A stretch of 64,000 nt of DNA from contig NC_069000.1 of NCBI RefSeq assembly GCF_001194135.2, forward strand, positions 8,533,532-8,597,531, read 5' to 3'. This document shows, in pieces, positions 54,690 to 64,000 of the stretch (its first letter is position 1; each line of letters begins with the position of its first letter). The DNA is from Octopus bimaculoides. Lineage: Eukaryota. Below the pieces are notes generated by a model that saw only the letters and a program-made list of their open reading frames with translations, had not been told where the DNA came from and made no database searches. Position numbers and translations under genes: made by a program.

Positions 54690-55078
54690 CGTGGCACTCT
54701 GTCGGTTACGACGACGCGGGTTCCAGTTCCAGCTGATCCGATCAACGGAACAGCCCGCTCGTGAAATTAACGTGCAAGTGACTGAGCACTCCACAGGCCC
54801 GTGTACCCTTAACGTAGTTCTCGGGGGAGATTCGGCGTGACACAGAATGTGACAAGGCTGGCCCCTTTGAATTACAGGTACAACAGAAACAGGAAGAAAG
54901 AGTGAGAGAAAGTTGTGGTGAAAGAGTACAGCAGGGTTGGCCACCGTCCCTTGTCCGAGCCTCGTGGAGCTTTAGGTGTTTTTTCGCTCAATAAACACTC
55001 ATAACGCCCTGTCTGGGAATCGAAACCGCGATCCTACGACCGCGAGTCCATTGCCCTAACCACCGGGCCATTGCGCCT

Positions 55079-55080
<2 letters not shown>
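54690..55080 (-). mobile_element. SINE family C, full length, tRNA-derived
   Basis: Minus head ggaggcgcaatggcccggtggttagggc (A box) ... ggtttcgattccc (B box). Confidence 0.9.
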
Positions 55081-55140
<60 letters not shown>

Positions 55141-55355
55141 TTGTGTCTGTGTTTGTGTCCACCCCCACCCCCATCACCGCTTGACAATCGGTGTTGTTGT
55201 GCTTACGTCCCCTTAACCCTAGTGGTTCGGCAAAAGAGACCGATAAAATAGGTGCTAAGCTTAGAAACGATAAGCCCTGTGATCGATTTGTTCGATTAAA
55301 AACCCCTCAAGGCGGTGTTCTCGCTTTCGCTTTAGAGATTAATCCTGCTGGGTTC

Positions 55356-55386
<31 letters not shown>

Positions 55387-56978
55387 AACAAATTAAACCT
55401 CAGTAAAGTTACAACTGGAGTCGCAGGACAGAAGGAAACGGAGGGAAACCTTGGACGTGGTTCTTTTATAACTGACAGATTTCTTTTATAAAAAAAAGTC
55501 TGGATCTTATCTCGGCAAGGAACTCTGACCAATATCCACAGGAAAGAGACTCTTTACGCATGTCTACTTCTACATCTGAATGTGCCATGATCAATAACCG
55601 ATCCTCTTTTTGCGTTGTGTAGGAGTTCTTTGATTCCTTCCTTTCCCGTTAATACATTTTTTCTCTTCACCCCTCCCCCACCACACCATCAACAAGTTAA
55701 AGCTCTTAGTCCCACGTTACTATGGTCAAAAATGTTCCAATCGTAATCATCTATTTTATTAAAAGCTATTATCATTATTGAAATATTGCATGCTTAAGAC
55801 TACAAATCTGAATCTATCTTTCCTGTTGTTTTTTTATTTCTTAAGAAAAAAAAAAAGTAGTACCGTATGAATTTAAAAAAAAAGGATTGTAACGGGGATT
55901 CGAAACCGAACACCTGGATACGCTGTTACATACCACGAGCTAACCACCATAGTTTCACATGATTGGTCTGTTTACCAACCAATCAGCGTGAAGAGTTGGT
56001 GCTAATAGGTTTCCTCGAACATTCTAGAATTTGACTTCCGGTCCCTTATAAAACCGTTCGGCGTGCATTTTTACCAGCTAGACAACTCAGGCTAAGACAG
56101 ATGGTGTAGATAGAGGACAGGAACCTCCGTCAGCACGAATATGGCACAATTGTTTCCAGTTATATTGGGCAAGCCGCTTGTTACCGCATCAATAGCTTGC
56201 AGTAATCTCTGAGCAGTATACCTCTTCCAGTATGTAATTATTGCTGTTGTTATCTGTAAAAGGCCAAATATCATTGTCATTGCAGCTGCCACCATAACCG
56301 TATCATAGTCATCACAGCCACCAGTTATATCATAGTCATAACAACCACCGTGGAGGAGCGTGGCTTAGTGGTTTGAGTGTTGTACTCATGATCGCAAGAC
56401 AGTGGTTTTGATTCCTGGACAAAACGACACATTGAGTTCTTGTGCAAAACACTCCTGTTGCTTCGGAATAAATCAAAAATAATGATGGGTTTTTGCAAGT
56501 CGCTAAGTGCCTTAGTATTTCAGCTGGTAGTCCTCAATGCCAGCACACTTGCTGATAGGAGAGAACTCAAGGGGACTTTTAAAACCTGGTCACACAAAGG
56601 CATGGGGATCCACCATAAAAGGACATTTCACTTGTTGACAACCCTTCATTCCCTCTGAACTAAAAAAAAAAAAAGCGGGGAATACCATACCACGTCCTCC
56701 AAACCATCAACTGGTGAACGCATCTCTTTTCCTCCTCCATGTCTCATTTTATAAACTCTGCACTGAAAAACACGCTCAATCTTTCCTACTCACAATTGCG
56801 GTTTCGTGGAAACGCTTCCTAATCTACAGATATGAAATTACAGACGTTAAAGTTAAATAGTAATAGATCGGAAAGGGCCTGTTAAGGGTTTGCAAGGAGA
56901 ACTCTTACTTTACAGCTATCCTACTTGGATTATCAATATTAAATTGTAAAAGCAGGAGTGCTAGGATCTATAATAGAC

Positions 56979-57450
56979 AAATGGTTAATGATGATAGTTA
57001 AACACTAACAGGATTTCAACTGTGAGATTACAGTTATGCTGTCACGAGAAATACCACTAACAGCAGAAGCGTTAGCCACAGGATTGGCATATAATAGCTT
57101 TGACAAATTGTTAAATATGTTTGTTAGACGCCAATAAAAACTCGGCTGTGAAATTACAATCATGCGGTTACTAGAATACATAAGAAGTGTGATACCAGTT
57201 TGTGCGACTAGTATCTAATAGGTTAGACATAAATGGTTAACTATGATAGTTGGATTTCAAGAATACCTCAGCTGTGAGACAACAGCAAATTCTGTGGTCA
57301 TTAGAGAAGATATACGTAATGTCAGGGACGGAAAAGAATCTCTGTATTTCATGCTGTGTAGATAAATGGTTAGCAATAATAATACCTCATGTATGAAATA
57401 ACAACTGCGTGGTTATTTGAAAACGTTTATGTAATGACAGCGGCGGTAGG
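56979..57450. repeat. Degenerate tandem repeat, 126-bp period, about 4 units
   Basis: aaat(g/t)gtta anchors at 56979, 57105, 57231 and 57364. ctgtga(g/a) anchors at 57020, 57146, 57272, with gtatgaa at 57391. Confidence 0.7.
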
Positions 57451-58620
57451 AACTCCGGCTTGGTAAATATCCTTTCTACTATAGGAACAAGGGCCGATAT
57501 TTAGGAGGAGGGACCCCAGTGCTCAACTGGTACTTATTTTATGGACCTCGAAAGAGCGAAAGGCAAAGTCGACCTCAGAGGAATTCGAACTGAGAACGTA
57601 AAACCGGAAGAAAGGCTGTTAAGCGTTTTGTCCGGCGTGCTAACGATTCTGACAGCTCACCGCCTTTCCGCCGTGATAATCTTTTCTACTCTAGGCACAA
57701 GGCCTGAAATTTTCTTGCGTGAAACCAGCCTGTGATGCAAAAAAAAAAAAGGCCATCGGCCGCTGGTCTAGAGCGTAGAGGAAACTGAGACTAAACTGAA
57801 GTGGGTAATGGTAGGAAGTATATTTTCGGTGTGAAATACGTTTGACGAATGTCTTACATAAGGCAAGAACTAAAATTATAACATAACGTCTCTCTCTCCC
57901 CCTCTCTCCCTCTATATATACATACATACAAACATACATACAAATATATANNNNNNNNNNNNNNNNNNNNNNNNNNNNNNNNNNNNNNNNNNNNNNNNNN
58001 NNNNNNNNNNNNNNNNNNNNNNNNNNNNNNNNNNNNNNNNNNNNNNNNNNNNNNNNNNNNNNNNNNNNNNNNNNNNNNNNNNNNNNNNNNNNNATATATA
58101 TATATATATAACTACTGTGATTAGATTAGAATCAACTAGGCTGATGAGAAGAATGTTGGAAATTTAAAGTGGATGGACAGCAAGTAAATGGAATTAATAT
58201 TAAGTGCAATCATTTCAATAGTACTAACTGTGAATCACTCCTTCAGGCTGACATCTTCGGTGTAGGATCCTGTATTCAAGGAAGGAAATAGCGAAGCAGC
58301 ATGATATTAATAATAATGACTTCTAACATAAGAACAAGGTCACAGAATTGGGAAGAAGAGCTGGTCGCTTTTCTCTCTATTGTAGCGCCACTCCAACGAT
58401 CTCAGTCAAGGGCGTCTTAGTCTTGTAAAGCAGCAATGGCGACCCCGGTAGTGTTAGTGCTATGAAAATAACACTCAGTGTACGCCGTAAAGTGGTCGTT
58501 GTTATGAGGGGCATCCAACTGTAGAAACCATGCCGAAGCAGACATTGGAGAACAATGAAGTGCGCAGATCCGTCGGATCCGGTCAAACAGCCCAAACCGT
58601 GCCAACATAGAAGATGAACA

Positions 58621-58659
<39 letters not shown>

Positions 58660-59065
58660 AGTTGATTAAATCGACTCCGGTATTTCTAGCATGTTGAATT
58701 GAGACGTACAGGCTCCCTCACTGATGCTATTGTTACTGTTGTTGTGACAAGCACCCTTTGCCCTCCTCGCCCACTCCTGCAGACTACATTCCACAACGAC
58801 GACGACGATGACGTGGAGGAGGAGGCTGCTTGACTGTGACGTCATAGTCATCTTCGCTGATGCAATAAGTATTGTGGCATCTGTTATTCTCCAACGCAAA
58901 TGGTTTGCACTCGTTCACACCAACTTACCTACCTACCTACCTACCTACCTACACACATACCTACCTACCTACCTACATACATACATGCATACATACACAC
59001 AAACACATACACATATACATATATACATAGTGAAATATAGTACATACACATATATTCATGTTTGC

Positions 59066-59100
<35 letters not shown>

Positions 59101-59818
59101 GTGTGTGTGTGTGTGTATGTGTGTGTGTGTGTGTTTTGTGTGTGTGTGTGTGTGTGTGTGTTCAGGACAAAAATAAATAAATGCGCCCCTTTTAAAGCTT
59201 AGCCATGCTCATGGGCCCGGTTTCCCCGGTTTCTATGGCGTATGTGTTCCCCAGCTGGACGGGACGCCAGTCCATCGNNNNNNNNNNNNNNNNNNNNNNN
59301 NNNNNNNNNNNNNNNNNNNNNNNNNNNNNNNNNNNNNNNNNNNNNNNNNNNNNNNNNNNNNNNNNNNNNNNNNNNNNNNNNNNNNNNNNNNNNNNNNNNN
59401 NNNNNNNNNNNNNNNNNNNNNNNNNNNNNNNNNNNNNNNNNNNNNNNNNNNNNNNNNNNNNNNNNNNNNNNNNNNNNNNNNNNNNNNNNNNNNNNNNNNN
59501 NNNNNNNNNNNNNNNNNNNNNNNNNNNNNNNNNNNNNNNNNNNNNNNNNNNNNNNNNNNNNNNNNNNNNNNNNNNNNNNNNNNNNNNNNNNNNNNNNNNN
59601 NNNNNNNNNNNNNNNNNNNNNNNNNNNNNNNNNNNNNNNNNNNNNNNNNNNNNNNNNNNNNNNNNNNNNNNNNNNNNNNNNNNNNNNNNNNNNNNNNNNN
59701 NNNNNNNNNNNNNNNNNNNNNNNNNNNNNNNNNNNNNNNNNNNNNNNNNNNNNNNNNNNNNNNNNNNNNNNNNNNNNNNNNNNNNNNNNNNNNNNNNNNN
59801 NNNNNNNNNNNNNNNNNN

Positions 59819-60180
59819 ACGCAACTGGTACTTAATTTATCGACCCTGAAAGGATGAAAGGCAAAGTCGACCTCTGCGGAATTTGAACTCAGAACGTAAA
59901 GATAGACGAAATACCGCTAAGCATTTCGCCCGGTGTGCTAACGTTTCTTATTTCTTTATTGCCCACAAGGGGCTAAACATAGAGGGGACAAACAAGGATA
60001 GACAAAGGGATTAAGTCGATTAGATCGACCTCAGTGTATAATTGGTACTTAATTTATCGACCCCGAAAGGATGAAAGGCAAAGTCGACCTCGGCGGAATT
60101 TGAACTCAGAACGTAATGGCAGACGAAATACTGCTAAGCATTTCGCCCGGCGTGCTAACGTTTCTGCCAGCTCGCCGCCT
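59819..60180 (-). mobile_element. SINE family B long-tail copy inserted into the head of another family B copy
   Basis: The outer copy stops at gtgctaacgtttct (59948). The inner tail tatttctttattgcccacaagggg begins at 59949 and runs to an intact head at 60180. Confidence 0.85.
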
Positions 60181-60921
60181 GACAGAGAGACAGAGTATGG
60201 AGTAGTGCTTGTTGCCTATCGGTCAATGACACTATGATTCATGTCTGTACCAAACAGTTTTCATTAAGCTCTTGGTCTTTAAATCCACTTGACGATTGCT
60301 GTGTACTAGGAATTTGCTATTAACGGACGTGAAACAAAAACTCGTAGACCGCTTATTCCCGAGAACAATTACATAATTATTTTTTTAATCTTATCATATT
60401 TTACTTGCTTCAAACATTCGACTGTGGCCATGCTTCTGTCATTCGACTGTGGCCATGCTTCTGTCATTCGACTGCGGCCATACGTAGGAATGAATATTCA
60501 AAGGTGAACACCCATAACGATATTATTATTGTTAATATTATCTGCGGTAAATATAAACCATTGCTAATAATAACAGCGATAATAAACCTGGTTACGGGTG
60601 TCGAATAGCGTTAAATAACTATAGAATTTAAACTAGCATTAAACATAAGGGCGAACTAGGCGCCTAACCTGATAGAAATATGAGTTAAAACCTCAATAAA
60701 ATCACCAACAACACTGAGAATATAACAGACAGCAACAGTAAAAAATTAAGACATATCGTCACAGTTAATGTCACTTGGATATTCTTGTATCATGATTTCA
60801 AGTTCTGGTCCTCGATCCTCAACTCTCCTCAGCAAGACTTACCGAGCGAAAAGTTCAAACACACCGCACTGAATTCTATCGGTCGAACCGCTAACTCACA
60901 GACACTAATGCACAGACACTA

Positions 60922-60970
<49 letters not shown>

Positions 60971-62372
60971 TATATATATATAATAGAAATATGCTTCAAA
61001 AAGAAAATAGAAACTACACGTAGAAAAGATATGGGGAAAGTAAGACGGGCTTCTTTCAGTTTCCATCAACCAAATCCACTCACAAGGCTTTTTGTCGGTC
61101 CGAGGTTATAGTAAAAGACACTTGTCCAAGGTGCTACGCAGTGGGACTGAACCCAGAACCATGTGGTTCTTAAGCAAGCTTCTTAATACACAGCCACACC
61201 TGCCCCCATTTATACATATATATGCACTTTCACTTACCCAGAACATGTCAGTGAAGGTGTGCTTATGTGTGTGCGTGCGTGCGTGTGTGCGTGTGTGTTT
61301 GTGTGTGCATGTGTATATGTGCGTGTACGTGTGAAAGAGAGAGAGAGGTGGGGAGAGAGCATGGAAATTACTCGGATGCGTGGGAATAACTTTTCAACGT
61401 GAGTATGAGCGTGTGTTGCCACAGAGTGTGTTTGCATCTTAGACTCTCTCTCTGTGTTTCTCATACTCACACTCATACACACGTACACATACATAGAGAC
61501 AAAGATACATACACGCTAATATACGTATACACATACATATCCACGCACACAGACATACGCACACATTCCCGCGTTTTCACATACCCCTATACACAGAAGC
61601 TGACACATACACACACATGCATACACACATATATACATGCACTCATACAGACACACACATACACGCTCACATAGCCACACATATACGAACACACGCACGC
61701 ACATACGCATACACACACACACACACACACACATGCATACGTATATACAAAAGCACACGCACAACACTTACACACACACACACATGCGCATCAGTTCGGT
61801 TGACAGGGTCAAACTAACATAGGTCGGGTGGCGTGACTAAGATATGTACGTGTGGGAGTATGAACGAACGAATGGGGTGGAATGGCTTGGGTAGGGATAA
61901 CGGAGGAGTGCATTATGGCGGCGTCAAATGGAGTCGGGGTGGCAAGGATGTGTGGTGGTGTGTTAAATATGTGAGATGATGATGGAAAAAAACTGACATT
62001 GTTTAGAATCAGCCATAACGAAGCCTGAACTTCTCGCCGCCATATTAGTTTTGTTACCTTCGATTCTTTTTCTTTTCCGTGTTTCAGTCATTCGACTACG
62101 GCCATGCTGGGGCACCGCCTTGGAGAGTTTTAGTCGAACAAGTCGACCCCAGGACTCATTTCTTAAGCTTAGTACTTGCTCTATCACTCGCTTTTGCCGA
62201 ACCGCTAGATCACGAAGACATGAACACATCAACACTAGTTGTCAAACGACGATGCAGGGACACAGACACAAAGACACACACAAACACACATACACACACA
62301 CACATATGCATATACACACACATATCTATGCATATATACATACATACACAGACACACACACACACACTTATG

Positions 62373-62403
<31 letters not shown>

Positions 62404-62713
62404 ACACACATATGAGGAGTTTACAGCGATCTCAGTTCCTATACTGAGATGTACAAAGACATGATGCATCGTAAACAACAAACAATAATGAATAAGTTCT
62501 TCACCCCATTAAATTGATGTTCGTGATAATGAACTACAAGATAGTAAATATGGCCCCCTCAACCTCCTAGTAATGCTCATTCCACAACCACCACCACCAC
62601 CACCACCACCACCCTTCACATAGAAGTCAATGCCTTTGGTAGCAAGAATGTACTCTTACCATATTACGATTCTTAGTAATTCTTAGTATTCCCCTTGAAA
62701 TGTTTTTGTGCTT

Positions 62714-62749
<36 letters not shown>

Positions 62750-63009
62750 CATATATATANNNNNNNNNNNNNNNNNNNNNNNNNNNNNNNNNNNNNNNNN
62801 NNNNNNNNNNNNNNNNNNNNNNNNNNNNNNNNNNNNNNNNNNNNNNNNNNNNNNNNNNNNNNNNNNNNNNNNNNNNNNNNNNNNNNNNNNNNNNNNNNNN
62901 NNNNNNNNNNNNNNNNNNNNNNNNNNNNATATACATAGTTCAAATTCATAGAAAAAAGACGAAGACAGCAAGCAAGTGTATTAGCTTGACCCTCGGGAAA
63001 AATGAATGT

Positions 63010-63045
63010 CTTTTACGTTTCGAGCCTACGCTCTTCAACAGAAAG
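63010..63045 (-). ncRNA. Candidate minimal type I hammerhead ribozyme with variant core
   Basis: Minus RNA: CUUU-CUGUUGA-A-GAGC(GUAG)GCUC-GAA-ACGU-A-AAAG. Stem I 4 bp, stem II 4 bp, palindromic ACGU stem III, GUA cleavage triplet. Confidence 0.6.
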
Positions 63046-63092
63046 GAGTAAGAGAAAATGAAAAAAGAAACTTGTAGATTTCAGCGGTCATA

Positions 63093-63135
<43 letters not shown>

Positions 63136-63309
63136 GTGCATAAATACATATATTGTATATATGTACGTGTCTATGTATATATATATATATATATATATGT
63201 ATATGTGTGTGTGTGTATGTATATACACGCTCACACATGTACATACGTATGTATATTTTTATGTATGTACGTATATATATTATATATATATTATATTCTT
63301 TTGTTCTTA

Positions 63310-63491
63310 TATTTCAGTCATTTGACTGTGGTCATGGTGGAACACCGTCTTTACGACACCCGGCCTTATTCTTTGTAAGCCTAGTACTTATTCTATCGGT
63401 TTCTTTTGCCTAACCGCTAAGTTACGGGAACGTAAACACACCAACATCGGCTGTCAAGCGATGGTGAGGGACAAATACAGACACACAAACA

Positions 63492-63529
<38 letters not shown>

Positions 63530-63727
63530 GCACACACACATATATATATATATATATACATATATACGACGGCCTTCTTTCAGTTTCTGTCTACCAAATC
63601 CACTCAGAAGGTTTTGGTCGGCCCGAGGCTATAGTAGTAGACGCTTACCCAATGTGCCACGCAGTGGGACTGAGCCCGGAACCATGTGGTTATGAAGCAA
63701 GCTTCTTACCACACAGCCACGCCTGCA
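63310..63727 (-). mobile_element. SINE family A, full architecture
   Basis: Minus head gcaggcgtggctgtgtggtaagaagcttgc, CORE-like segment, internal (TA)/(CA)n and tail. Further family A pieces at about 1500-1660, 10005-10145, 24010-24215, 30498-30820, 39345-39570, 43070-43205, 44018-44185, 52650-52780, 55140-55320, 61045-61205 and 62062-62270. Confidence 0.9.
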
Positions 63728-64000
63728 CAGCCCTGAAACTCGAGTCGCCTTTATATATTTATATTTATATATTTATATATTTGATCCTTTATATTGAACA
63801 CTCAATATTTCATCTACATTCAATACTTTCTTTCATGGTGCCATCCATTTTTATTTTATTTTATTTTATATTATATATTGTATATTATATTATATATTGT
63901 ATATTCCATATTCTATACCCCACATTGGTTCTGCAGGAATATAAATAAAACATAAAAAACAGACAGTGTTGGAACTCTTTTAAACTAAATAATATATTCC

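Noticed and set aside
54561-55080. 127-aa ORF and a tRNA gene
   Set aside because: Both fall within SINE family C. The tRNA-like head runs directly into a repeat body shared with 45351-45652.
58140-58172. CUGAUGA...GAAA motif
   Set aside because: The intervening sequence cannot form stem II.

Overview
AT-rich eukaryotic DNA packed with microsatellites and assembly gaps. Its repeat content resembles an octopod cephalopod genome such as Octopus (inference from recalled repeat families, not a database result). No confident protein-coding host gene was found: nearly all ORF-track calls are microsatellite, SINE or N-gap artefacts. The window is a mosaic of at least five short interspersed repeat families (four with tRNA-like heads), decayed RTE and CR1-group LINE fragments, a broken maT/DD37D-like Tc1/mariner transposase and several MITEs. 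The most interesting signals are non-coding. (i) A minimal type I hammerhead-like ribozyme with a variant core at 63010-63045 (-). (ii) A 277-bp foldback at 10795-11071 whose two arms each carry a second hammerhead-like motif. (iii) A decayed HDV-like ribozyme fold at 2101-2188. (iv) An RTE LINE copy with a twin-priming-type 5' inversion at about 53680-54140. (v) A hidden 126-bp (42-codon) periodic repeat at 56979-57450. (vi) MITEs carrying opposed telomere-like repeats. (vii) A SINE subfamily that repeatedly inserts at AGAAA targets, including into other SINEs. Coordinates of decayed repeats are approximate.
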